Below the pieces are notes generated by a model that saw nothing but the letters and a program-made list of their open reading frames with translations, made no database searches and was not told the DNA's origin. A stretch of DNA of 63,847 nt from a virus (Duplodnaviria > Caudoviricetes). The stretch covers positions 1 to 63,847 of IMG/VR virus record IMGVR_UViG_3300033145_001771; one strand, given 5' to 3'. Below are positions 9,553 to 18,977 of this stretch, piece after piece (the stretch's first letter is position 1; every line of letters begins with the position of its first letter). Made by a program: the position numbers and the translations under genes.

Positions 9553-10991
9553 GAGGATTATATATTCAACCGCCTCATGGCAAGCTGGTTATAGAAGGAA
9601 AACAAATGGCTGTTGTATACTCTAGAAAGTATGATATCTTAGATGAGCCTATATACTTATGTTCAGGAGAATTCTGTTATGGTATTATTAAATTAACCAA
9701 CGTCAGAGAAATTAATTTAGAGGAATTTAAGGAACTTCAAGACAAACATAAGGTTACAGACGCAGAGCGTTTAAAGTGGTGGCCAGATGTAGAGACACTA
9801 TACCTTTATAATGTGTCAGTAATAAGTGTCTTTAACCCACCCAAGTTGTATAAACATGATTCTAATGTGCAAACCATGATTAAGGAAGTTGAATTCTTGG
9901 AAAAGGAGGAAACACTAATACGTAAAGGTCAAGATGTGTCCAAGATGGATACTAAAGAACTTTTATTTGACCATTCGATTTTACACGCTTGGGCTAAACA
10001 TAATTGGGCAAAGAAACCGGATGATTGGACGATAACAGAATGTGAGATACTTCACGATGAGATTGAAGCCGAGCTTAACAAGAGAGGCTATAATGTACAT
10101 TCGCCAATTCACAGACCACCACGAGAAATGTTAAAAGAACCAGATTTTTGGGAAGAGTATTGGGATTTAGAAGGACCAGAACGCCTTACGTTTATCTATG
10201 ATATGTCGGCAATAATACCAGAAGTTGTGGGTGACAGTGTCTTAGAGGTGGGATGTGGAGGAGGTAAAGCTCTTGAGATGTTTGCGATGTCTGGCTATAG
10301 AGCTGTGGGGATTGATAATAACGATGTGCCTCTCTATGTGTGTAAGAAAAAAGGATTAGAAGTATATAAGGGTGATGCACAGAATTTAGATTTTGATGAT
10401 AACTCGTTTGATACTGTCTTTTCAATGCACGTATTAGAGCATGTTGATGATGACAAGAAAGCGATTCAAGAGAGTTTGAGAGTTGCTAAATATAGAGCCA
10501 TACATCTCATTCCTTTGGGTAAACGGAAACCAAAGTCACATAAGAGGATATATAGCGAGAGCGATATAGAAAAGTTAGCCAAGGAAGCTATGGACGATGG
10601 AATTCCCTGCAAAATTAAGAAGACAGATGTTATAAACGATATAGTCTTGGTTTTGGTTAAGAATAAACATATTCAGTTGAAGAAAGAAGAGGTTATGCTG
10701 GACGATATACTTGATAGGTTTAAAGATTTCTCAGTATCATCTCCACACATCTTTATTGTTGGGAGTTCGGTTGAGCAAGGAAAGTTAGGCAATGATTTAG
10801 ATATTTTAATTAGACAGATAACCAGAGACCCAGTGATTGAGCTTAGGATTAGAAAAATGTTCCCGGATAATATAAGGTTACACTTTGTCTATGACCCAGT
10901 TGGCCCGCATGATGATTATGTTCCATTATACAATTGGGAATTCAAGAGAGTTAGAGATTCGAAAGTTGTTAAAATGAAAAAAGAAGATTAA
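9549..10991 (+). CDS. Multidomain protein: ASCH-like + class I SAM methyltransferase + PolBeta-superfamily nucleotidyltransferase
   Basis: GLYIQPPHGKLVIEGK (ASCH-like); VLEVGCGGG, GDAQNLDF, FDTVFSMHVLEHV (Methyltransf_11-like); IVGSS...NDLDILIR (GS/DxD). Confidence 0.7.
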   Translation: MRGLYIQPPHGKLVIEGKQMAVVYSRKYDILDEPIYLCSGEFCYGIIKLTNVREINLEEFKELQDKHKVTDAERLKWWPDVETLYLYNVSVISVFNPPKLYKHDSNVQTMIKEVEFLEKEETLIRKGQDVSKMDTKELLFDHSILHAWAKHNWAKKPDDWTITECEILHDEIEAELNKRGYNVHSPIHRPPREMLKEPDFWEEYWDLEGPERLTFIYDMSAIIPEVVGDSVLEVGCGGGKALEMFAMSGYRAVGIDNNDVPLYVCKKKGLEVYKGDAQNLDFDDNSFDTVFSMHVLEHVDDDKKAIQESLRVAKYRAIHLIPLGKRKPKSHKRIYSESDIEKLAKEAMDDGIPCKIKKTDVINDIVLVLVKNKHIQLKKEEVMLDDILDRFKDFSVSSPHIFIVGSSVEQGKLGNDLDILIRQITRDPVIELRIRKMFPDNIRLHFVYDPVGPHDDYVPLYNWEFKRVRDSKVVKMKKED

Positions 10992-11017
10992 AGTATTTCA
11001 CTTATCGGTATTCACCG

Positions 11018-11467
11018 TCATCCACTGCGTGTGCAACTGAGTGGTAATTCAACGCCGTATTTCTCTCTGATATTTTCTGCAAATTTCTTGCGGACTTTAT
11101 ACCCTGTCCACCTCACTGGGATGCCATTCTTTACAAGGATTTTAACTGTATTCTCTTCGCACCAGCGTTCTTTATTTCTTATTTTTCGTCTTCGTGAGAA
11201 TGGCATCCATGAATACTTATGATGTTGTAACTCATGCACCCAAATGTGTATGATTGATTCAATTGGTATATCTTTGCCTAATCTCATTACGATTCCTTCG
11301 CCGAATGGATAGTATGTGCCCCGGCCTACATTTGAATGTCTACCTTGATATGGTATGCACCGAACTCTCAGCTTTGCCGTTGAAACTCTCGATTTCTTTG
11401 CCCATTCTATAAGCAGTGCTCTCAGCTCTTCCGTTGGTATATGTGTTGTGTTTTCAATTATTCTCAT
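11018..11467 (-). CDS. HExxH zinc metalloprotease-like protein
   Basis: WVHELQH...EERWCE-like motif. Confidence 0.6.
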   Translation of the reverse strand: MRIIENTTHIPTEELRALLIEWAKKSRVSTAKLRVRCIPYQGRHSNVGRGTYYPFGEGIVMRLGKDIPIESIIHIWVHELQHHKYSWMPFSRRRKIRNKERWCEENTVKILVKNGIPVRWTGYKVRKKFAENIREKYGVELPLSCTRSG

Positions 11468-11473
11468 TCTTTT

Positions 11474-11959
11474 TCACCTCGTTAGTCTTTTTTGCAAGTC
11501 AGCCATTCTTGCATAAAATGATTTAGTGTGTGCCCCACATCGACTTCCAATATCTACATCATCATCAAGCCAATGTGTAAGCTCATGTATGAATGTTGGA
11601 ATAAAGTCTGCATGAGGAGAAATTGTAATGTCATATCGGTCTTTAGCGATTGCTCTGCAATAGAGTCCCAACAGCCCCTTTCTGAGTGGTTCTATTTTAA
11701 CTTCTGGATGTCCTACCATACCTCCACCAATACAATCGCATACTTTGTATAATTCTTGCGGGGACAGTGTTTGTCTTTCTCGTCCCGTTAAATGTGGACA
11801 GCTCCAAGCATCAAGATTGAGCTCTTTGACAAGTTCATTCGCTATTCGTACCTTCGACCTTTTCTGCTTCGCGTTTTGCAATTGCTTGAAGAGCATTCGT
11901 GTTTTCTTGCTACATTTGAGGGGCTGATTGAATTTTGTTCTGGTGATAGTTGATTTCAT
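11474..11959 (-). CDS. SprT-like zinc metalloprotease
   Basis: FIHELTH...HTKSFY motif. Confidence 0.65.
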   Translation of the reverse strand: MKSTITRTKFNQPLKCSKKTRMLFKQLQNAKQKRSKVRIANELVKELNLDAWSCPHLTGRERQTLSPQELYKVCDCIGGGMVGHPEVKIEPLRKGLLGLYCRAIAKDRYDITISPHADFIPTFIHELTHWLDDDVDIGSRCGAHTKSFYARMADLQKRLTR

Positions 11960-12094
11960 TTACTTCATCTCCTTAACTTCTATCGTTGTATGTTGACAAC
12001 ATGGACAAGTTACACTGTCCGCGCCATCGACTAGAAACTTTTCTATTCTCTCTGCAACCCAATTGCAATTTGTACACTCAAATTTCACCCTTAC

Positions 12095-12140
12095 TTACCT
12101 CCATAATTTTAGCATTCCACTCATGGTATATATAGCTTCT
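12095..12140 (-). promoter_or_regulatory. Early-type promoter driving the inverted cassette
   Basis: Reverse strand reads CTATATATACCATGA...TATGGAGGTAA, matching the family at 1775 and 58385. Confidence 0.5.
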
Positions 12141-12188
12141 GTATAGTAAAAGATATTTTAAACTTAATATAGTAATAGTAAATATGAG

Positions 12189-14972
12189 GTGTTAATTATA
12201 GTATCACCCTTCAGGTTTGTTAAGCCACAAAAGGCATCAAAATGGTGGTCAAGTAACGAAGTATTTACTTTAGAGGCACTTGCTGATATTGTACCGGAAG
12301 GACGTTACTTTGTATCTAAAAAGTTTGATGGATATAGAGCTCAGTTGCATAAGAAAGGTAAGAATATAAAGCTCTATACTTCTACCGGTCGTGATGTAAC
12401 CAAACGATTCCCTTCTCTTGTTAATGATGCTACTAAATTGATTGTTACGTCTGTAATTTTAGATGGCGAACTTGTAACATATAAAAATGAAAAACCTTTA
12501 CGCAGAACTGCCGTTGCTGATTTAGTAATGGGAAAGGATGAGCCAGATGATTCTGGTATTATATTCCACGTTTTTGATACCATTTACTTTGATGGCAAAG
12601 ATGTTCATAAATTGCCACTTTCTGAACGCATATCATTACTCCACAAACTTAACCAGACTAAGCACATTAGGAAACTTAGTTTTAGTTCTGATGTTAGCAA
12701 AAATGCAGAAGAGTATCTTGTATCTACAACAAATGATTTACTAAAAGCAGTTAAAAAAGTAAGTCGATTGGTAGGTTCGGAAGGTGCTATGGTGAAAAGC
12801 GCCGATGGTATATATGAGTTGGATGGTGAGACAAGAACGTGGTATAAGTTCAAAAAGACATTGCAGGTTGATGCTCTTGTTATTGATAAGAAGCTAATTT
12901 CAGGAGCTAAAGAAACATATCAATATAGTTGTGCCGTTGGTCCAATAACAAAAGAGCTAGCTAATAAGATAGGTGAAACAGCAGTAGTTTATAAAGGCAA
13001 GTTTTATATGAAAATTGGAAAAACATTTAATACTAACGTAAAAGCAAATGTAGGAGACATTATAACTGTTGATGTTCTAGAAATAAGAAAATGGGATGAT
13101 GCTACCTATACATGGATGATTCCAAGAGTAATAGATGTTAGGTTTGATAAAAAGAAGCCTGACCCTCTATCTGTTTTAGATAGAGTTGCTGAAGTAACTC
13201 CTAGAGAGCTATCAAAAGAATTTGTTTTTGATTTTTTACAAGAAGTGAAAATATCAAGATTTTTGCAGAGTAATTATTCGATTAAAACGCTAAAGCTAGA
13301 TATATTCAAACCACCTAAGAAAAAGAAAGCGAGATATGTTATGCAGTATCATGATAGGGGGAAGTCTAGGCACACAGACTTAAGATTAGAGTGGGATGGA
13401 TTTCTAGTTGGTTTAACTTTATTTGACCCCGGACGGATTGGTAAACCTCCCAAGTTGTCTAATAAGCCAGGAATGGATGGGAAGAAGATACAATGCATTT
13501 TCAAACCAAATCAACCTAAGACATGGTTAGACTTTGAAGGATATGTGCCACCAGGCCAGGTGGGAGCGACAGAGAGATTACCTGCCACATTTAAGATTAT
13601 AGATAAGGGTACATTTTTGATGGGCACACAAAAGTCTGATTTCTTAGAGTTCTTTTTATTTGGCAAGCGGTTTAATGGGAGATTTGTAGCTCGCAAAACC
13701 GATTTACCGCCGAGGGGAGAGCCAGGAGAAAGAATTGAAGAAAGGCCAGTCTGGTTATTCTGGAAGCCAAAAGACCAAAGACCATATGTTGGTGTTGATA
13801 ATCCTACAGAAGAACAGTATGTTAAGAGAGCAAAAGAGATTGGATTACCCAATGACTATATAAAAAAATATATACTTCAAAGATTAAATAAAGAATATAG
13901 TATGTCTGATATATATGAGCATCCTGTTGTGCAAGAATTGCTAACACAACTAAGCAATGTTGAAACTAGTGGTAACACACTTCAAAAAACAATGAAAAAT
14001 CATTGTGGGAAGACATTTGTTACTTTATCACTTCCAATAACAAAATATGAAGAGCTAGATAAATCTGATTTTCCATTAGTTGTTGAAGGCATTGCCATTA
14101 GAGAAGGAAAAATGAATGGTGTTTATTATGATGCCAATGAACTTGAAAAGGGATATGATTCTTTGAAAGGGAGATTGATTAAGATTGACCACAGCGATTC
14201 AGTTCGAGACCACATCGGAAGGGTTCTAGATGTTTCATGGAATGATAAACTAAAACAGATTGAGTTTACTGGCGGAATATGTGACCCCGACATCATAAAT
14301 AAAATTAAACACAAGCTAGTTGAGGGTGTTAGTGTTGGAGTCTTTATTGATGAAGAGTCGACAGATAGAGGTCCATCAGCAAAAAACTTAGAATTTGTTG
14401 AAGTTAGTTTGGTGGAGGACCCCGCATGTCCAGGTTGTATGATTAAATTATCAGCAGTGCCGGGGGATACTAATGAAAAGATTTTATTAAGCTCAAAATA
14501 TAATAACAGTAAGGAGGTGAATTCCTCAATGGCAAAAGAAAAGAAAATTGCAGAAGAAGAGGCTGTGAAGGAAGAAACTCCAACCTCAGAAGAGATAGTG
14601 AAAGAGCCCTCGACGGAAGAAGAAGTCAAAACTACTGAAGATGTGACGGAGGCAGAAGCTCCTGCAGAGGGACAAAAATATCCAGCACCCTATCCTCATA
14701 CTCACCCCGAGCTAGAGGAAGCAATTAAGAAATTAACTGCAAGGGTTGATGCGCTTGAAAAGAAGATATCCGAGATGAGTGCGTCTGAGAATGAAGAGTC
14801 TAATGTGGAGCTTGAAAAGACCGATGAAATAGAAGAAATTAAAAATGAGCTTAAACAGCTTAAAGAAGAAATTAGCAAACCTGTCGTAAAAGCTATCAAA
14901 TCTGAGGAAGATGGTTTAGAAGATAAAGATTTTGCAAGGTTGGCACGTGATTATTTAAAGAGGAGACAATAA
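12189..14972 (+). CDS. Polyprotein: ATP-dependent DNA ligase + LigD 3'-phosphoesterase + prohead protease + scaffold
   Basis: Ligase motifs KFDG, LDGEL, FHVFD, EGAMVK, WYKFK, PRVIDVRFDK; PE motif QYHDRGKSRHTDLRLE...WLDFEG...DKGT; protease-like IDH, GVSVG, EVSLVEDPA; acidic coiled-coil tail; directly upstream of the capsid gene. Confidence 0.85.
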   Translation: MLIIVSPFRFVKPQKASKWWSSNEVFTLEALADIVPEGRYFVSKKFDGYRAQLHKKGKNIKLYTSTGRDVTKRFPSLVNDATKLIVTSVILDGELVTYKNEKPLRRTAVADLVMGKDEPDDSGIIFHVFDTIYFDGKDVHKLPLSERISLLHKLNQTKHIRKLSFSSDVSKNAEEYLVSTTNDLLKAVKKVSRLVGSEGAMVKSADGIYELDGETRTWYKFKKTLQVDALVIDKKLISGAKETYQYSCAVGPITKELANKIGETAVVYKGKFYMKIGKTFNTNVKANVGDIITVDVLEIRKWDDATYTWMIPRVIDVRFDKKKPDPLSVLDRVAEVTPRELSKEFVFDFLQEVKISRFLQSNYSIKTLKLDIFKPPKKKKARYVMQYHDRGKSRHTDLRLEWDGFLVGLTLFDPGRIGKPPKLSNKPGMDGKKIQCIFKPNQPKTWLDFEGYVPPGQVGATERLPATFKIIDKGTFLMGTQKSDFLEFFLFGKRFNGRFVARKTDLPPRGEPGERIEERPVWLFWKPKDQRPYVGVDNPTEEQYVKRAKEIGLPNDYIKKYILQRLNKEYSMSDIYEHPVVQELLTQLSNVETSGNTLQKTMKNHCGKTFVTLSLPITKYEELDKSDFPLVVEGIAIREGKMNGVYYDANELEKGYDSLKGRLIKIDHSDSVRDHIGRVLDVSWNDKLKQIEFTGGICDPDIINKIKHKLVEGVSVGVFIDEESTDRGPSAKNLEFVEVSLVEDPACPGCMIKLSAVPGDTNEKILLSSKYNNSKEVNSSMAKEKKIAEEEAVKEETPTSEEIVKEPSTEEEVKTTEDVTEAEAPAEGQKYPAPYPHTHPELEEAIKKLTARVDALEKKISEMSASENEESNVELEKTDEIEEIKNELKQLKEEISKPVVKAIKSEEDGLEDKDFARLARDYLKRRQ
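14529..14972 (+). CDS. Internal in-frame start for stand-alone scaffold protein
   Basis: GGAGGTGA at 14513-14520 before ATG GCA AAA, with an AT-rich promoter-like AAAGATTTTATTAA near 14477. Confidence 0.6.
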   Translation: MAKEKKIAEEEAVKEETPTSEEIVKEPSTEEEVKTTEDVTEAEAPAEGQKYPAPYPHTHPELEEAIKKLTARVDALEKKISEMSASENEESNVELEKTDEIEEIKNELKQLKEEISKPVVKAIKSEEDGLEDKDFARLARDYLKRRQ

Positions 14973-14973
14973 T

Positions 14974-15861
14974 ATGAAAAAATTAGAAGAGTTGGCTGAT
15001 ACTACAACCACAGAAGTTGATGCTGTAATCCCTGAAATATGGTCTGACGAAGTTGAAGCTGCAGCTCAGGCTAGGAGAGTAGCTAGAAACTTTGTAAAAG
15101 TTAATGAAGATTTGAAGAATGGTCCTGGTGATATCATTCATATACCCAAAACCGGCAAAATAAATGCTGTTGCTCTGACAGAAGGTACAGATATCACTCC
15201 AACAGCTCTTGAGTATTCGACTCTAGATTTAACACCTGCTCCTGTAGGTGCTGGAGTTAGAGTTACAAGAGAGGCTGTTGAAGAGGCTAGATTGGATATT
15301 TTGAGAGATGCTACCGAGCAACTAGGCGAAGCACTGGCACAAAAAGAGGACCAGGATATTCTTGAAGCGCTGGCTGGTGCTACTGGTGCAGTTTTATACG
15401 GTGGTGCTAAGAGCTCATCGGCAGAACTGGTGCTTGGGGATGTTCTAACTACAGACCTGATTGCGAGTGGTGTAACTGAAGTTCGTTCTGATAATTACAA
15501 CCCAGATGTCATATTTATTGCACCTGAACAAGAGAGAGCTTTGCTAAAAGATTCTCAGTTCGTTGATGCATCTAAGTATGGCGCAAATGAGGTTGTGCAG
15601 AACGGAGAAATCGGTAAGTATCTGGGTATGAAGGTCATTGTAACTACAAACCTACCAAAGGTGACTGATGGAGCAGCAGGACACAAATGTTTGATATTTG
15701 ATAGTAAACATGCTGGTGCGATAGCTATCAAGCGTGATGCTACTATTGATACAGACTATGAAGTTCTGAAGAGGAGCCATCTGCTTGTAGGTACAATGAA
15801 ATATGACGCAGGCAGACTCAACGATTCTGCAATTTGTGTGTTGGTCGTATCAGACGCATAG
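14974..15861 (+). CDS. Major capsid protein (HK97 fold)
   Basis: IPEIWS, GDIIHIP, LTEG, LA.KED, GEIGKYLGMKV; position after the scaffold. Confidence 0.92.
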   Translation: MKKLEELADTTTTEVDAVIPEIWSDEVEAAAQARRVARNFVKVNEDLKNGPGDIIHIPKTGKINAVALTEGTDITPTALEYSTLDLTPAPVGAGVRVTREAVEEARLDILRDATEQLGEALAQKEDQDILEALAGATGAVLYGGAKSSSAELVLGDVLTTDLIASGVTEVRSDNYNPDVIFIAPEQERALLKDSQFVDASKYGANEVVQNGEIGKYLGMKVIVTTNLPKVTDGAAGHKCLIFDSKHAGAIAIKRDATIDTDYEVLKRSHLLVGTMKYDAGRLNDSAICVLVVSDA

Positions 15862-15896
15862 ACAAGTCAATCAGTAAATCTGTACTTTGAGAATCC

Positions 15897-15941
15897 ATGT
15901 GGTATGTGGTAGTTTAAACTCTTTGTTACCATATATCACAT
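15897..15941 (+). terminator. Stem-loop after capsid gene (terminator or mRNA stabiliser)
   Basis: ATGTGGTATGTGGTAG pairs with TTACCATATATCACAT, including G-U pairs. Confidence 0.45.
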
Positions 15942-15951
15942 AAATATTTTT

Positions 15952-16191
15952 ATGACAGAAAATGAGTGGATGCAAGACGAACTGCAGTATTTGAGGGAGA
16001 GGATAGATAAACTATCGAATGATACCTCTCATATATACTCTGATATAGCCAAGTTGAAGACTTCTATGGAGCTTCAGCAAATGAATCTTAAACATATTTG
16101 TAAGGAAGTTAAGTCAACTAAGAACTATTTGATGATTTTGCTGATTACAATAATCGGTTCGATGATTACAGGTATTTATGTGATTGTCTGA
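15952..16191 (+). CDS. Coiled-coil protein with C-terminal transmembrane helix (holin/XhlA-like)
   Basis: Heptad region followed by LMILLITIIGSMITGIYVIV. Confidence 0.55.
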   Translation: MTENEWMQDELQYLRERIDKLSNDTSHIYSDIAKLKTSMELQQMNLKHICKEVKSTKNYLMILLITIIGSMITGIYVIV

Positions 16192-16200
16192 GGGAAATAA

Positions 16201-16647
16201 ATGACAAAAGAAAATATTCACGTAAAAGGTAAGGTTTCGCTCACACTTCGGAATGCATTTGATGAAATCGTTGAAGTGAGAGATGCTGAAAACTTAATTA
16301 CGAACGCTGGCTTTGATTTCATTTGCGATGTAATGGGAAACCCAACCCAACCCAATGATATGGGTTGGATTGCGGTTGGTTCTGGTGTTACACCTGCAAA
16401 TGTTACAGATACTGCCTTAGAACACGAACTAGGCAGGGTTGCAAACACATACAGCCATACACCAGGAACTAAAACATACACAGCATCTGGAACTTTTGCT
16501 TCAGGAGTTGCGACTGGACCCATCACTGAAGCAGGTTTGGTAAATGCATCTACCGGCGGCACGCTTCTTAACAGGCAGACCTTTGATGTGATTAACAAGG
16601 GAGCAAACGACTCCTTAGAAGTCAAGTGGACACTGACCTTATCGTAA
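16201..16647 (+). CDS. Virion structural protein (fibre/attachment-associated)
   Basis: NLITNAG, IAVGSG..PA..DTAL..EL, ITEAGL..A, INK..DSL.V.W motifs typical of tail-associated proteins. Confidence 0.65.
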   Translation: MTKENIHVKGKVSLTLRNAFDEIVEVRDAENLITNAGFDFICDVMGNPTQPNDMGWIAVGSGVTPANVTDTALEHELGRVANTYSHTPGTKTYTASGTFASGVATGPITEAGLVNASTGGTLLNRQTFDVINKGANDSLEVKWTLTLS

Positions 16648-16696
16648 CGTTGAACATATTATAAACTATTTTTTCTATTTTTTTATTCGAGGGTAG

Positions 16697-18676
16697 ATGT
16701 GGAAAACAAAATATAGCCCATCCCAGGAAATTTTAAGTCTTAGGAGCTATTCTACAAAACATTTCGAATTAGGTAACGGTAAGCGGGTTGCTATTCTTAC
16801 GGGGTTACTTCACGCTTGGGACGGGCAAAAATTTATAGAATTACCTCCTATACCACAAATAGAAGGTAAACTTTTAGATAAACCGAAAAAATTACACAAA
16901 GTTTTAGACGTTCCCTATTGGGCTTCCTGTGAAGTTCAAGATGGGGGTAGAACGATTCTTATTAGAGATAAGAATAATGTTACCATATGGAAGCATAGTA
17001 ATGTTGCAGTTTATGATGCTGATATTGACCCATATATCAGAGATGAAGAGAATGAAATAATCAGAATTGATAAAAATAAGGTAGTTCCTTCAAAATTTGT
17101 TGTTAAAGGAAACGAAGTTTTCTTGGAAGTTCCCAAGGGGTTAAAATATCCGCTTAAGGTTGACCCAATTGTAGAAATCGGGCAGGGGACGGCGGATGAT
17201 TCGATTTTGCTTCATGCGCTTCCTGACACAAATTATGGTGATAGAGAATATATCCGCACAGTGCCCTATAGTGGTGACCCAGACCGAAGTATAATTAGGT
17301 TTGACTTATCGCCTCTGCCAGCAGGCTCTACTATCACAGATGCGAAATTATATTTATATTGTTGGACTGTGAATGGAAATTGGATAGATAGTGTTCATAG
17401 AGTTAATCATACTACTCCAAACTACGAAACGGATTGGGTAGAACTCGAAGTAACGTGGAATGATTATAAGTCTGGGACTGCTTGGGGGACTGCTGGTGGC
17501 GATTTCAATGCAACTGCGACTGATAGTCTTCTAATTAGTTCAACTGGTTGGAAATATTGGGATGTGACATCTGACTGCGATGCACGTGAAGAAAGAAGCT
17601 GGATTATCAAATCGCCAGAAGATGCCGAGGCGGGATTCTATCACTATTTCCGTTCCAAAGAATATACAGACGACACATCCCTCCGACCGTATTTGGAGGT
17701 TACGTATGAAGTAGGCGGGCAAGTATATACTAAAGAACTTTCAGATACAATCGGACCAGTTAGTGACTTAATTTCAAAGATTAGTGAAAAGATACCAATC
17801 ACAGAAACATTAAACATTGTAGATAGCGTTTCAACAGCCCAACAGATTATAAGAACCTTAACTGAATCACTCACCGTTTCTGATAAAGCGGTGACTGTTA
17901 AGCAGTTCATTAGAAATTTCCAAGAATCGTTGACAATATCTGACGCTAAAGAGACTGTAGGTCATTTTATAAGAACTTTACAGGAGTCAATAAGTATAGT
18001 TGATGCTAAAGAACTTGTTTCTCGGTTTGTAAGAGAGTTAGGAGAAACTGTTGATGTATCTGATAAAGTAGAAACTGCTACCCAATACATAAGAGCATTG
18101 GGTGAATCAATAAACGTATCCGACACTAAAGAATTTGTTTCACAGTTTGTAAGAGACCTACAGGAGAGTCTCAGTGTATCTGACAAAATAGAGACAATTA
18201 GTCAGTTTGTAAAGAGGCTTCAAGAGTCATTTGGTATTTCTGACAAAGTTCAAGTTAGCAGCAGGTTTGTAAGAACCTTACAAGAATCCATTAGTATAAG
18301 TGATGCAAAAGAAATATTTAGCAGATTTATGAAAACGTTACAAGAATCATTTGATGTATCAGATACTGTAGAAACTATTCGGGGGTTTTCGAGAAGCCTA
18401 CAAGAAACACTTGCGGTATCTGACAAAGTGGAGTCTGTCCGCATATTTATAAGAGAATTCCGAGAATCGATTACAGTTTCTGACACACTAACATTTGTCG
18501 GCATAGTTAAATTAATCCGAGTTTCAATTGACATTCTAAAGACAAAGATTGGGATTCTATTCAAGAAGTTAAGTTTGTCGATTAAAGTCGCTTATCCAAC
18601 AATTGATGTAAATATTTTAAAGAGTAAAGTGGAAACTATTATAAAGAAAACAAAAGTAGAGGTTAGTATCGAATGA
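16697..18676 (+). CDS. Adhesin-like virion protein with DNRLRE/CBM96-like domain and 19-aa tandem repeats
   Basis: RSIIRFDLS, ITDAKLYLY, VTW, WDVT, FRSKE..RPYLEVTY; C-terminal repeats ESxxVSDxxExxxxFIRxLQ. Confidence 0.7.
   Translation: MWKTKYSPSQEILSLRSYSTKHFELGNGKRVAILTGLLHAWDGQKFIELPPIPQIEGKLLDKPKKLHKVLDVPYWASCEVQDGGRTILIRDKNNVTIWKHSNVAVYDADIDPYIRDEENEIIRIDKNKVVPSKFVVKGNEVFLEVPKGLKYPLKVDPIVEIGQGTADDSILLHALPDTNYGDREYIRTVPYSGDPDRSIIRFDLSPLPAGSTITDAKLYLYCWTVNGNWIDSVHRVNHTTPNYETDWVELEVTWNDYKSGTAWGTAGGDFNATATDSLLISSTGWKYWDVTSDCDAREERSWIIKSPEDAEAGFYHYFRSKEYTDDTSLRPYLEVTYEVGGQVYTKELSDTIGPVSDLISKISEKIPITETLNIVDSVSTAQQIIRTLTESLTVSDKAVTVKQFIRNFQESLTISDAKETVGHFIRTLQESISIVDAKELVSRFVRELGETVDVSDKVETATQYIRALGESINVSDTKEFVSQFVRDLQESLSVSDKIETISQFVKRLQESFGISDKVQVSSRFVRTLQESISISDAKEIFSRFMKTLQESFDVSDTVETIRGFSRSLQETLAVSDKVESVRIFIREFRESITVSDTLTFVGIVKLIRVSIDILKTKIGILFKKLSLSIKVAYPTIDVNILKSKVETIIKKTKVEVSIE
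17730..18500 (+). repeat. Degenerate 57-bp (19-aa) coding tandem repeat, about 13 units
   Basis: Recurring gaatca/gagtca...gtatctga...tttgtaaga units. Confidence 0.75.
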
Positions 18677-18969
18677 TAGAAAAAATCGAAGCGGGAGAGA
18701 CTATCCGCATAAAAGGTACATTTAAAGATATTAATGGCACATTAACTGACCCTTCAAATGCAACATGCACGATTAAGGATAGCACAGACACTATAAAGGT
18801 GGACGCAGAAAGCATGACAAAGGAGAGCACAGGGGTTTGGTATTATGATTACACTGTTCCAGCTGATGGACCGACTGGAACTTGGCTTGTAACTTTAACT
18901 GGAACGCTTGGAACGTTTACAGCGAAAAATGTGGAAGCCTTTGATGTTGAAATTACAACAAATGCCTAG
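18673..18969 (+). CDS. Small Ig-like virion protein
   Basis: GTLTDP, STGVWYYDY, GTW motifs. Confidence 0.55.
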   Translation: MIEKIEAGETIRIKGTFKDINGTLTDPSNATCTIKDSTDTIKVDAESMTKESTGVWYYDYTVPADGPTGTWLVTLTGTLGTFTAKNVEAFDVEITTNA

Positions 18970-18977
18970 GTGAGAAA

